From: Eledone cirrhosa
Lineage: Eukaryota
Length of the DNA stretch: 64,000 nt
NCBI GenBank assembly: GCA_964016885.1
Contig: OZ024743.1
Span: forward strand, 254,882,001 to 254,946,000
Direction: 5' to 3'
A program made the position numbers and the translations under genes. Under the pieces are notes generated by a model. It saw only the letters and a program-made list of their open reading frames with translations. It searched no databases and was not told the origin of the DNA. This document shows, piece by piece, positions 30,050 to 43,035 of this stretch (position 1 is the stretch's first letter; each line of letters opens with the position of its first letter).

Positions 30050-33000
30050 GTTATTATAATGGACTCAGGTGGTACAGTTTGAATTATGGAAGTGTTGGGT
30101 TGAAATATGAATCCGCGAGCTACCAAGCACCCATGTGAAACTCCAATTCAGAGACAGGAAGCACACACACACACACCCCTGCAAAAATCGACCCTTCCCT
30201 ACGAATGTTGACAAATGCCCAAAACTCCGAGTTGGTACCATCAATGTAAGCACAATGAAAGGAAGAGCAGGAGAAATCGTAGAGATGCTAGAGCGAAAGG
30301 AAATGGATGTATGCTGTGTGCAAGAGACTAGATGGAAAGGAGAGTCTGCTAGAGTCCTTGTAGGAAAAAGTCAGTGCTACAAATTTTTCTGGGTGGGAAA
30401 TGACGATGGGGTGGGTGGTGTAGATATACTACTAGTTGACAAGTGGGTAGATAAAGTAATCTCAGTGTACAGGGTAAATGCAAGAATCATTAAACTCAGA
30501 CTAGTCCTGAATAAAACAATTACCACAATAATATCAGCTTACACACCCCAATCGGGGTTGCCAGACGAACTTAAGGATAGGTTTTACGAGTCCCTAATGT
30601 ACACTACTGCTCTAACAAACGACAATGACTTCCTAATCATCGCAGGAGATTTTAACGGACACGTAGGTAAACACTGTGACGGCTTCAATAGAGTCCATGG
30701 AGGCCATGGGGTTGGCACAAGAAATGAAGAAGGATTCAGACTTCTAGAATTCTGCGACGCCTATGACATGTCGATATGTAACACAAACTTCAAAAAACCC
30801 AACAACCACCTGATCACCTATAGATCAGGGGAGCATTCTAGTCAGATAGATTTTATCCTCATCAGAGAACGTGACAGATGGACGGTCGTAAACACAAAAT
30901 CCTTCCCTAGTGAGGAATGTACCTCCCAACATAGCTTAGTTGTCAGCGACCTCACGGTCAGAACTAGACGAACCTGGAAACAGAGGCCAACCTGAAGAAG
31001 AAAGATCTGGAAGCTGAAAGACCCCTCAGCAAGTAACAGATTTAAAGATATTTTACTCAATGCCTACGACAGTAAAGAAGAACAGATAGAGACATTCAAT
31101 TTAGAAGAGCAGTGGGAGTTCCTAAAAAATAACTTACTAGAGGCGGCGGATGAGGTCTGTGGCTGGAGTAAGACCTCAAGCAGGAGAAGAGTGACTTGGT
31201 GGTGGAACAATAAGGTAGATGAGCAGTTAAGGCCAAGAGACAGGCATAGATAGAATGGAAGAATGGAGGGAGCAAGGTATATTACATAGAGACCAAGCGG
31301 GAAGCTAGGTGACAAGTATACATAGCTAGGGGGGAAGCAGAGGATAGAAAATTCAAGCATGTTTTGCAACGTGAGGACCAGAAACAGGAGGTGTTCAAGT
31401 TTGCGAGGTAGTGTGTCAGAGAGAATTGTGATGTCATTGGAGAGAAGTGTATCCGGAATAATAAAGGTGAGCTTTCCCTCAAAAGTGCTGAGAAGAAAGA
31501 TGCATGGAAGAGCCATTATAATAGAATCCTAAATGAGGAGAATGCATGGGAAGAATTGACCCTACCACAAGTAGACCCTATAGAGGAGCCAGCAGTACAA
31601 GTCAGCAGCAACGTAGTAAGCAAGGCAATCAAAGATATGAAGATGGGGAAGGCAACCGGTCCATCGGGTATAGCTGCCGAGATGCTGAAGGCATCTGGGT
31701 CTGTAAATCACACTATAACCACACGCATTGTTAACCAGGTGATACTAGGTGTCATACCAAAAGATTGGTGCAGTAACATCATTGTCAACTGCTACAAAGG
31801 TAAAGGTGATGCACTAGATAGAGGAAACTATAGAGGTATAAAGCTGATGGACCAGGTCATGAAAGTAACAGAAAGAATTATTGCACAGTTGATTAGGGAC
31901 CAGGTGAAACTAGATGAGATGCAATTTGGGTTTGTACCAGGAAGAGGCACCACTGATGCCCTCTTCCTTGTCAGGCAGTTACAGGAAAAGTACCTAGCTA
32001 AAAGTAAGCCACTCTACCTGGCATTCATCGATCTCGTGAAAGCCTTTGACAGAGTTCCACGTGCTATAATCTGGTGGGCTCTTATAAAACTAGGAGTAGA
32101 TGAATGGCTTGTGAAAGCTGTACAAGCCATGTATAGGGGAGCAGTCAGCAAAGTTAGGATTAGCAATGAGTATAGCGATGAATTGAGCGTACAGGTTGGT
32201 GTTCACCAGGGCTCTGTTCTTAGCCCTCTCCTGTTCATCATAGTCCTGCAGGCAATAACGGAGGAATTTAAGACCGGATGCCCATGGGAACTCCTGTATG
32301 CAGATGACCTCGCACTTATAGCTGAATCTATGGTAGAACTACAGAAGAAATTCCAAACTTGGAAGCAGGGACTAGAAAGAAAGAGTCTCAAAGTCAACAT
32401 GACAAAGACTAAGATCCTTGTAAGTAGACGAGAAAACACAACCCAGATCCCCTCAGGGAAATGGCCTTGCTCAGTATGTAGGAAAGGTGAAGGTAGGGAC
32501 TCCATTCTCTGCCCCAAATGCAAACAATGGGTACACAAGAGATGTAGCGGGATCACAGGAAGCTTAATTAAGAATGTAGGCTACACATGTAGCAGCTGTG
32601 CTGGGACAGCAAGCAGCAAACAGCCACAGGAAACAAGTACCACCAATCTCTGGAAGGGCTCTGTAGAAACAGTAGACAGCTTCTGCTACCTAGGTGACCG
32701 AATTAGCAGCGGAGGTGGGTGTTCAGAAAGTACAATAACTAGGGTAAGAACGGGATGGAAGAAGTTCAGGGAACTACTGCCACTGCTAGCTGCAAAAGGC
32801 TTCTCCCTCAAAATGAAAGGCAGACTGTATGATGCGTGTATCCGAACAGCAATATTATATGGTAGTGAGACCTGGGTGCTGAAGGTAGAAGACTTACGTA
32901 GATTAGAAAGAAACGAAGCATGCATGCTCCGATGGATGTGTAATCGTAATATACGCCAACGGCAAAGCATAAATGAATTGAGATAGAGACTGAGCATAAG

Positions 33001-33557
33001 AAGAATCAAATGCTATGGGCAGGAGAGGCGGTTGCGTTGGTATGGACATGTGATGCATATGAAGGATGACAGCTGCATAAAAAGGTGCACTAGAAGTCAA
33101 TGGAAACCGCGGAGTGGGGAGACCCAAGAAGACCTGGGATGAAATGATAAAAGCCGACCTTACCCAATTACACCTCTCAAAAGCGATGACACACGACCGT
33201 GACCTCTAGCGTCACGTAGTAATACAGAGTACCCGACCTCCCATGGGTACAAGCTGAAGCATATAGACAATATGCCTCCCCCCACCCCCACCCCACTGCA
33301 AGGTGGTCGGGGAGGTACCACGGCAAAAAAGCACTCAGCCCACATTGTAAAATGGATGTGTAGGTGCGATGGAAAAAAAGCACCCAGCACTCACTGTAAA
33401 TGAGGTTGGTGTTAGGAAAGACATCCAGCTGTAGAAACCAAGCCAAAATCAGGTCCTGTATGAGCAAGGCATGGTCAGCCGACCAGACACTGCCCACATC
33501 AGGACAACCCGTCTAACCCATGCTAGCATGGAAGAACGGATGTAAAATGATGATGAT
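30050..33557 (+). mobile_element. Near full-length RTE-clade LINE
   Basis: APE (VGTINV..MKGR, VQETRWKG, GDFNGHVG, SQIDFIL), RT (QFGFVPGRGTTDA, FIDLVKAFDRV, GVHQGSVLSP, LYADDL), 3' UTR and (GAT)n tail. Confidence 0.95.
30135..33250 (+). pseudogene. RTE APE-RT polyprotein with PHD-like insertion; several stops and frameshifts
   Basis: ORFs 30135-30995 and 31556-32986 plus interrupted intervening and terminal parts. Confidence 0.9.
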
Positions 33558-33751
33558 AAATCAAGTTGGTTTGAAATTGGCGAATTTAGTAGCTGCTTTA
33601 CGCCTACAGAAAATTGACCGTTCAATGTTGCTGTTAAGCAGCATTTTGTCATATTTTAAAATATGGAGCAACTCCATATATATATTTATATATATATTAG
33701 AACAAACGAGAAGTTTTGTTTACATGTATAACATTTTTATCGTGTATCAAC

Positions 33752-33839
33752 CTGTTACACGCATTTCACAGAGGATTGGCTCAATATCACCCATAGGAGT
33801 TATTGACTCGACCCCATTATCATTCTGCTCATCAGACAA
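33752..33839 (-). ncRNA. Type-I hammerhead ribozyme with extended stem II
   Basis: TTGT-CTGATGA-GCAGA...TCAATA..TATTGA...TCTGT-GAAA-TGCGTG-TA-ACAG. Confidence 0.72.
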
Positions 33840-35844
33840 CTAAAAGGATTTCAAAATATTAGATAGTGACCAATAAATGGATTTAATATATAAAGAATTG
33901 GTATTAAACATTTTGTAATCGTATTTCTAATCTTTGATTTTCGAATAACTTTTTAAATAATCAGGAATTTGGAAGTATTTAGTAATATAACTTTCTCATC
34001 ATTTATCTGGTGTTTGGAACAGAATATCACAAAACTCTTACCTAGAATTATGATGGAAGGCTTTTAGATAAATATAAACACTTTAACCCTCTCATTACTA
34101 TATTTCTACTAAACACCATACCAATCAATTTGGTGGGATTTTTCATTATAAAGCTAGTCGTTGGCACATGATTTAATTTGGTATTTGGAACATAATTACC
34201 GTAAAAGTGTGTTGAAAGGTTTTTAGAAAAATATAATGTTTTCTATCATAGATTCATGATTGTTGTCAGGTGGATTAGTATCAAATGGGTTAGAATTTGT
34301 CAATGTTAGAAACCCTCCTTCATGCCAACCTAATGGACTGCTTGTATTTGTTCCAGTCATTAAATACTTCTCCACTTATCTTTAATGGATATCCTGATGA
34401 CATGATATTGCATGGAATAGAGAATAGGTTTCATTTGCTTTCTAAATAGCAGAACCAATTCCTTGTATGTTGTTTTGTTTGTAAGGTTTCTGAACATATG
34501 TGAAATACAGCATCTGCTGGGGTCTAGGTTTCTATTCATTGTTTTACAAGCATTGAGATTAACAGAAATCCATATAAACATGTTGAGTTCGATAGTATCA
34601 TATGGCTATTTTTCCATGGAACAAGGAACAGTTTTAAGTAGTTTTGTATCAAGAGCTTTAAAAACGCATCACCGACGGCAAAATATTCTGTCTTATTAAC
34701 TTACATAATTTATATATCACAAGTTACTCCATTCCTTCTTTTCCATCCTTCAATTTATGGTTTGCACTCGCAGAAGCAGTATTTTAGTTATTATTTATTC
34801 TAACAGCAGAGTACAATACATCTTGAACATATTTTAATTGCTATTTGAGAAAACTCATAATCACATTTTTAAGGTCAATTATTTCCCACAAGCAGCCAGC
34901 CTACTAAGGAATGGATGCACTATTCTGTCAGCCATAACAATGAGCAAAGGTGTTCCCAATTTTCCAGTGACAGGAAGAAGGATATGAACTCAAAATGCAC
35001 AGGACTGAAACAGAAACTGCAAAACATTATTTTTAACTCTTTAATGATTCTGCCTAATCACCACCCATGGAGTGGTACTTTACTTATTGACTATAAATGG
35101 ATGAAAAGCAAAGTTGACTTTGGCAGGATTTGAACTCAGAGCAGAGAGAGTTAGGACAAATGCCTAGTAATTTAATTTGATGCTTTCAATACTGTGCAAA
35201 TTCATCATCTGATTAATGACAACTAATATCTGTAATAGCTCATTACAAAACTTTTCAAGGAAATATGCATTTAACCCTTTCATTGCCATATTTCTAATAC
35301 CATACACTATATTTCAATTAACTAATGATGATTTGGGATGGATTTGATAAAATTATTAATCATATCATTATTAAAATTCTATTTGTAACAAATGGGTCTC
35401 ATACAAATTATGGTGGAAGATGATTTTAATTTAAATAGGAACCCTTTAAAATGGACGGTTTTGTTTCTGGGTTGGTATCAAAAGATTTGAAAGCAAATAG
35501 TTTATGTAAATATGTGTCCAGTGATGATAGATGAAGACAATGACATTGGCTACATGTGTTGGGGTTTATGTGTCTGTAGATAGTTGGTAAGTCATATTCT
35601 ATCACAGAAGTAGTGGTTGCATATGAGGTACATGTGCTTTAGTAGTTTCTTTTGGAGTACCAATTGAGCAGGCATTGCAGAAGTCATGTTTGGTTTCTAC
35701 TGTCAAGAAACATGCCTATATCAAAAATGTTTCATCTTTATGATGCACTATAGGAGCCTGTTCTGAGTGAGTTGGTCTCAGGATTTTATGTTGATGCTCA
35801 TGGATTTCAATATTATCTTTCAGCTATCCTTGTAAAGTATTTTT

Positions 35845-36140
35845 ACTGGCTGCAGTGGTAGAAGCAAATGTGGCAGACCAGAATACGAAACTAACTGACA
35901 GTGGTGGAAATCTGTGTGATTGACCAGCTTACCAGACAGGCAGGCAATAGTGGAGATATGTAGGCCAGAGCAAAATACCAGACTGGCAGGCAATGGTGGA
36001 GATCTGTGGACCAGAGCAAAATACCAAACTGGCAGGCAATGGTGGAGAGAACTGTACAACAGATCAGATTACCAGACTGGAAGGCAGTGGTGAAGATCTG
36101 TGAGACAGAGCAGAATACCACACTGGCAGGCTGTAGTAGA
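35845..36140. repeat. ~46-bp minisatellite, about 6 degenerate copies
   Basis: Unit TACCAGACTGGCAGGCAATGGTGGAGATCTGTGGACCAGAGCAAAA. Confidence 0.85.
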
Positions 36141-36350
36141 TTGTAGTAGGATTTACTGGACTGCAGTCAGGGACCCAATAATATTTAAAGAGCCTCAAAT
36201 TAATTTTTTTTCTGCCATAATTAAAATACTCTAGCAGGAAAACCGCCCCAAGGGCGGTTTTCTGCTAGCAAGTGTAGTGTGCATATTGGTATTATACGCA
36301 AATATATATGCATATAGATATAGTTATGTAATAAACAACATAAGATAATT

Positions 36351-36418
36351 AATTCATTTACCAATGGTTTCTTGAAGAGCTTGACACTTATGTCTGTCTT
36401 CATTCATCAGAATAAATT
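36351..36418 (-). ncRNA. Type-I hammerhead ribozyme
   Basis: AATTTATT-CTGATGA-aTGAAGA ca GACA taag TGTC aagc TCTTCAa-GAAA-CCATTGG-TA-AATGAATT. 8-bp stem I, GUA triplet. Confidence 0.83.
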
Positions 36419-36944
36419 TATTATTGAATGGGATATGGATTTGAAAACAGAGTTTAGGATAAATGAAAGTGAGGCTGAAATAAAATAACGGGTATAAATT
36501 GAGGGTAAAAAATGTATAAATATCCAAATACATAAACACACACAAACTCACTCATATACGTAATAGTACGTAACCTTATACATTCACGCTTAAGTATTTG
36601 TGCATCTACATGGAAATGCAAATACACACATATACATGCGATCTTTTGCTCACATATGCGCACACACAGGCACACAAACACGCATATACTCAATATTGAC
36701 GTATAAATACACACATCTCTCCATACATACACATATAACACACACTCATATATATAAAGAGAGAGAGAAAAGATGAAGTTGGAAATAGCACGGGAGATAT
36801 ATTTAAGGTTCTGTTTTTCTTTTTTATTCGTCAAAGTGATATTATTGAAAAGATAGTGTTATTAAAAAGATAATGTTATTAAAAAAAGAGAGGATCAATT
36901 CTTTTTTTTTTTATATTTTCATGAAGTATATAAAGTATATGAGA

Positions 36945-36987
36945 AAATTACCGGTTTCGATGTATTAAGATCCATCTTGTCAAATTC
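36945..36987 (-). ncRNA. Degenerate hammerhead relic
   Basis: GAAT-TTGACAA-GATG gatcttaata CATC-GAAA-CCGG-TA-ATTT. The core can be derived from CTGACGA by two transitions. Confidence 0.55.
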
Positions 36988-37252
36988 AGTGAAGAGGTTA
37001 ATTAAAAAGAGTTGGTAGGAGTAAAGAAAGGTTTAAAATAAAAATTGAATGTTTGAGTAAAATTTCTTCCATCATGCTTCCTGAAAAGTTGGCTGGGAAT
37101 GAAAGCAAGTTGTTTTGTTGATGTGAAAAATATGATGTGACTCACAGCATATACCGGAAGTGCAACTTTAAAAAGAAGTCAATTTTAATTTTTTTTTACG
37201 AAATTATTTGTTTACGAAATTTAGTACATAAATTATGTAATATTCATTCAAA

Positions 37253-37445
37253 GTAGCGGTGGATTGGCAGTATCGGTAGAAGTTCGGAGGCCATGCTTTA
37301 CAGCACAGTTACGTCCCTTTACGGACTGAGTTCAAATCCCGCCTAGGTTAACTTTGCCTTTCATCCTTACGAGGTCGATAAAATTAAGTACCAGTAATGT
37401 ACTAGGGTAATTGCTGGCCTTGTGCCAAAAGTAGAAACAATTATT
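37253..37445 (+). mobile_element. SINE family A (full length)
   Basis: GCGGTGGATTGGCAGTATCGGTAGA...GAGTTCAAATCCCG...GCCTTGTGCCAAAAGTAGAAACAATT. Confidence 0.9.
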
Positions 37446-37874
37446 TATTCAAAGTAATCCAACTTATTTTACAAACTGGATTAAAAGAAATAAACCGTAC
37501 GCAGACCTTCCTTTATTATAGTTTAGATGGATTCCAATTAAATATTCAACCAAGAGTCTTGTGTAATCCCTTCCTATTGATAGAATATAATACAAACTTG
37601 ATAAAAGCTCAAAGTATGCCTTACTGAAAAACTCAGATTAAAGCAATGATGTAAAATAACTGTAGCAAACAGATGTGTACAGCAGAACAGAATGCTTGTC
37701 TCACAGATATAGTCAAACAGGATTGGGGCTGGTGGGTGGTCTTAAACATTTTGATACAAAACCATTTGAAACTAGTCCTAGTTCTATGATACAAAGTTGT
37801 TTATATTTATCTAAATACCTTCTATCATAATTTTTTTCATGTAGCTTTGTTATGATATATTTCAAACACCAACT

Positions 37875-38066
37875 TAATAATTGTTTCTAATTTTGGCACA
37901 AGGCCAGCAATTATCCCGGTGCATCACTGGTGGTTTATTTTATCAACCCCGTAAGGATGAAAAGCAAAGTTATCTTCGGTGGGATTTGAACTCCGAACTT
38001 AAAGGGCCATAACTCTATGCTGCAAAGCATGGTGTCTGACGCTGTACCGATACTGCCAATCCACCT
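37875..38066 (-). mobile_element. SINE family A
   Basis: Matches other copies. Confidence 0.88.
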
Positions 38067-38802
38067 ACATTACTAAACACCTCCAATGTCTTGATTATTT
38101 GCAAAATGACTTGAAAATTATCGACAGTGTTTTTCGCTAGAAATACGCGAATGAAGGGGTTAAAGTGTTAACGAGAGCTGTGTATAAATTAAGAATCACA
38201 AAACAATGATATTTTGTTTGCTTCGAATTTATGTGACAATCTACTACTGTCTTTTGAAAACAAAAATGAAAAAATAGGAAAAGAAACCCAGCTTATATTC
38301 GTCAATTAAATGACAGTAATAGACCATTTAGGTTTATATTTGATTTAAAAAGAGGAAGGTGAGTGGTATTATTTCGCTGAATAGATCATGCCACAAAAAT
38401 AGAGATAAAAATGAAGTGATTTGTTACAGAGATTCCAGAATTTAGTGTTAAGAATGTTGTTGATGAGTTGTTAATGGGAAGATGAAGAATAATTTGTGAG
38501 GAAATTCTACAAGAAATGACCCCTATTGGTATAATTCATTGACAAGCAAGGTCCCTTGCTTTTCTTTTTTCATTCATCGTTTATCCTCTTTCCACCCACT
38601 TTAGTTTTACTGCAAATGCAGATGTTAAATTTATAGCTATTCATTAATTACTTTGGAATTTTTAATGAAAGATTTGGAATTTTAATGAAGCTTGCAGCAA
38701 TGGATAGTGAATAAATTTAAATATGATATAGCCATGTAGTTTTTCAAATTGGAAAATATTATAAGAATTTTTTTTAATTATTACCCACCTGATCCTACCA
38801 CG

Positions 38803-38990
38803 ATAATAATAATAATTGTTTCTAGTTTGGCACAAGGCCAGCAATTATCCCAGTGTATTACTGGTACTTTATTTTATCGACCCCGTAAGGATGAAAGGCA
38901 AAGTTAACCTCGTGGGATTTGAACTCAGACCATAAAGGGCCGTAATTCTTTGCTGCAAAGCATGGCGTCCGACCGTCTACCGATACTGCC
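38803..38990 (-). mobile_element. SINE family A
   Basis: Matches other copies. Confidence 0.9.
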
Positions 38991-39014
38991 AGCCAGCCAA
39001 TGATAATAATATAC

Positions 39015-39470
39015 CACCACCTGGACATAAACAACTTATTGCCAGAGGAACAGAAAGGATGCTGAAAGAAATCCTGTGGTATAAAAGAACATTTACTTAT
39101 TGACAAGATAAGTGCAAGAGGAGGCATACAGGTCTTACCAAGGGATGAATAAATTACAAGAATGCATTTAATATGGTTCCTCATTCTTGGATAACCAAGT
39201 AACTAGAAATCTTCAAGGTGCTGACAACAACAAACTGTTAATAAGCAATAACATGAAAAATGGGAGACAGAGATAACATTAGGTAATCCTTGGGAGGAGT
39301 GAAAATGAAGAGAGGTATCTTCCAAGGAGATAGTCTCTCCCTTTACTGTTTGTCCTTACATTCTTACCCTTGTCTCTTGTATTGAGAAGAGTGAAGGCTG
39401 GATAGGAACTGGGAAGCAAAGAGCTTACTATGAAACACCTCCTCTTCATGGACAACCTAAAACTGATTCT
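39015..39470 (+). mobile_element. R4/Dong-like LINE RT remnant
   Basis: LLPEEQKGC..KEHLLIDK; RGIFQG*SLS; HLLFMDNLKL. Confidence 0.72.
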
Positions 39471-39779
39471 TATTGCGAAATAGTGTGTGTCCATGCATGC
39501 ATATGTACATAAATATTAAAAGCTGAAACATCCTTTATAACATCACACACTCCTCACCTCAAATGATGTCCAAGGGACCTTTATGTGTTGGTATATGTGA
39601 ATTTGAAAAGATGTGTAATGTATTCTCATTTTTTATATGTTTCCAGTATCATGTGGTCAATCAAGAAGAACTGACCATATCAAGTTTCTAATAATGATAA
39701 ACGCAAAGGATACCTCCATCATAAAACAGTTTCTACCATTCCTTTAAATAGAGTCAGGAGGCACCTCTTAACCCAATAT

Positions 39780-40073
39780 ACACCCCACCTACATCCCTAC
39801 TCCATCTTACCGCTATAAAGTGGTCGTGGAGGTGACACGACAAAAAGTACCCAGTCCACATTGTACAGTTTTTTTTTGTCGTTGCACCTCCACGACCACT
39901 TTATGCTCTCAGTCGACAATGTAAATGTGGTTGGTGTTAGGAATGGCATCCAGCTGTAGAAAACCTACCAGAAACAGTTCTGTACCAGCGAGACACGGTC
40001 ATTCGACCAACCTTGCCTCAAGTGGGACAAACCCATCCTAGCGTGGAACATGGACGATAAACGATGATAATGA
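39780..40073 (+). mobile_element. RTE 3' UTR fragment with internal inversion
   Basis: GGTTGGTGTTAGGAATGGCATCCAGCTGTAGAAA motif, GAT tail, inverted repeat 39815-39904. Confidence 0.75.
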
Positions 40074-40076
40074 TAC

Positions 40077-40134
<58 letters not shown>

Positions 40135-40159
40135 TAAATCATGTCTTTAGAATCATCAG

Positions 40160-40190
<31 letters not shown>

Positions 40191-40254
40191 TAACAGATTA
40201 AAGTTTAAGCAAAGAATCGCTGCTTTGGATTTTAGTCTTCAAATTTATTATTAT

Positions 40255-40312
<58 letters not shown>

Positions 40313-41182
40313 GGAAAAAATGAAATTTCATTTCTCACTCTTAGTACGACTGATACTTAAATATAAGTATGTAAAGAAAAATGATGTTTCTCTTTGTCGA
40401 ATAAATAAATGCACAATCAAGTCTAACAATCATTTTATTTAATGCAATAATTTAGTAAATTTCCTACAACGTCAATATTTTGAGGAGCGGATCTTTCCAC
40501 GTCTGTTCATGTCCGTGGTCCAAAAAGAGTGAGTGAACCTGTGGCTGTGTCCGGGTGTATTTTTGCCTCCCTTCCCTGAAGGGTTGTTAAGGGGAGGCAA
40601 CTGCTAGCTACCAAGCGACCATCTCAGCCACTACATTCGTATACGTACATACATATATGTATACAGACGTACAGTAGTATGTATAACATATATATATGTA
40701 CGTATGTGTACATGTATGTATGTATATATATACTACTGTACGTATGTATACATATATGTATGTACGTATACATACTTCTCGTCTACGATTTCACAGAACT
40801 TATGATCATCGATTTCAGGGACTTAACTCTTTCTTCCTCACTTTTCGTTGCATTACCATTTTTGTTTGTTTACTGTCTCGCTCGTTCCCCCTATTTACGT
40901 GTCCCAACGACTTTCTTTAGCCATTGCTCGCACCAACCAGAGGTATATGGTCTCTAAAGCGAGGAAATACCAATGAAGGCTGGAAGATCACTGATGAAGG
41001 ACTAAATTTATTCATATGTAACCTATTTGCAACCACGCAGCACGCCATGTTTTCATATATTTATATATATATATATAGATAGTTAGTGGTGGAACACTGG
41101 AAGGTAATATCCGTAGTGGTAGAGCACCTAATCCAAGGAACGAGTTAGGTAGAAGTGGTTACACAACAATTAGTTCACCATA

Positions 41183-41222
41183 CCGAGAACAATTGTTTCA
41201 CCTTAGCGGATCTTCAGCTCGG
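41183..41222 (-). ncRNA. Minimal type-I hammerhead ribozyme
   Basis: CCGAG-CTGAAGA-tCC gctaa GGt-GAAA-CAATTG-TT-CTCGG. Perfect stem I, palindromic stem III, very short stem II. Confidence 0.78.
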
Positions 41223-41225
41223 AAT

Positions 41226-42012
41226 GTGTCTATGACTGCGACTTCTGTCAACTTTCCCTGTACATCTACTGCATATGTAGTTTTCCCTACCTGTTAGTTT
41301 GCCTGCTATCCCACTACATCTCTTGTTTACCCAAGATTTGCATTGTTTACATTTTATAGAATTTATGCCCACTCCTTTTCTACATATAGAACATGACTAT
41401 TTTCCTGATGGAATCAGAGTTTTGTCCTCTTTTCTACTAATCAACACTTTAGTCTTAGCTAGGTTCACTCTTTCTTCTTGATTCCAACTGCTGTTTCCAT
41501 AGCCAGAATTTATTCTCTAGCTCCTCTACTGATTCTGCTATAAGTACCAGATCGTCAGCATAGAGAAGTTCCCATGGACAGCCAGTCTTAAACTCTTCTG
41601 TTATGGCTTGGAGGACTATAATGAACAAGAGCAGGCTGAGGACCGAACCCTGATGTACTCCTACTTGTATCTGAAATTCCTCACTAAACTCCATCCCTAC
41701 TCTCACTTTACTGACAGCACTCCTGTACACAGCTTGCACTGTCCTCACAAGCCATTCCTCTACACCTAGTTTCCTTAGGGAGTACCAGATGATAGATCGG
41801 GGTTCCCTATCAAAGGCCTTCTCTAGGTCAAAAAAGCTAAGTATAATCGCTTATTCTTCTCTAAGAAGCTCTCTTGTAGTTGTCTTACTATGAAGAGGGC
41901 ATCTGTTGTACTTTTCCCAGGCACAAAACCAAACTGCATCTCATCTAATTTGACCCTTTCTCTAATTAATTGCAGTAGTATTCTTTCTGTCACTTTCATA
42001 ACCTGATCCATG
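41226..42012 (-). mobile_element. RTE-clade RT fragment (related family, with PHD-like motif)
   Basis: MDQVMKVTERI...QFGFVPGKSTTDA...GVHQGSVLS...WELLYADDL...CSICRKGVG...C..CKSWVNKRCSG. Confidence 0.9.
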
Positions 42013-42381
42013 TTATACATATTATATATGTGTGTTTGTATGTAACTATGCATGTCCTGGTGATTTGTCTAAGGCAATTGTATGTTTGTGATAGTGTTTG
42101 CCCCTGTTGCAAGCATGAGTGCATCCATATATGAGAATTTTCTGAACATCTCAGTCTTACCGCTCAGATATCTTGTAGTGGTGGACTTCAAGCCCTGTAA
42201 TATCCCATATTTCTCACTAATACAGAGCGAACATATTTTTTCATTTAATATAGGGCTTGGTCCTCTCCAAGATGCTCCATTCTATCTTATGTGATATGTT
42301 TAAATCTTTAAGCTGCCATACACAGCAGACAACTGAAGAAGAGAAATGTCTATCTCTACATTTGTGTTTCCTTATTCTCTA

Positions 42382-42423
<42 letters not shown>

Positions 42424-42457
42424 ATTGAAGTTTGCTTGAAGCATTGTGGAATAATAA

Positions 42458-43035
42458 GGTAAATTTCTTTAAGTCGTTTGGAAGCCTCGACAATGCAAAT
42501 GGGTAAATCTCCGGGTAACAAGATCCGGTGGTGGAGAGAGAGATGTAAGTGGGTGTACGTTGAGATGCGTGGCGTGTATAAGACGTGTAGAGGAATGAAG
42601 GAAAGAGCATAAAGGATAAAATTAAAATAACAACACGAGAGAGAGTTACCTTGGGAGAGATTTAATTGTCCCTATATATTTCGGATTCAATACATTAACT
42701 GGGGCTTTTTTCCGGGGTGGGGGAAAGGTTGTCTGTCGGAAAGGTGCGCACCTTTCCGACAGACAACCTTTCCCCCACCCCGGAAAAAAGCCCCAGTTAA
42801 TGTATTTAATCCGAAATATATAGGGACAATTAAATCTCTCCCAAGGTAACTCTCTCTCGTGTTGTTATTTTAATTTTATCCTTTATGCTCTTTCCTTCAT
42901 TTCTCTACACGTCTTATACACGCCACGCATCTCAACGTACACCCACTTACATCTCTCTCTCCACCACCGGATCTTGTTACCCGGAGATTTACCCATTTGC
43001 ATTGTCGAGGTTTCAAAACCTCTTAAAGTAATTTA

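Noticed and set aside
34390-34430. CTGATGA-CATG..CATG-GAAT
   Set aside because: GAAT rather than GAAA and no stem III. Probably chance.
35845-36140. Possible CRISPR-like repeat array
   Set aside because: Contiguous degenerate tandem units without unique spacers, eukaryotic context, no cas genes.
37253-37345. tRNA-like A/B boxes (also 46111, 51727)
   Set aside because: Heads of SINEs with no complete cloverleaf, so not tRNA genes.
40991-41060. CTGATGAAGG possible hammerhead 5' half
   Set aside because: No matching stem II/GAAA downstream, so it cannot be supported.
42330-42370. CTGAAGA-AGAGA..TCTCT hammerhead-like relic
   Set aside because: GAAA is missing and stem I is negligible.
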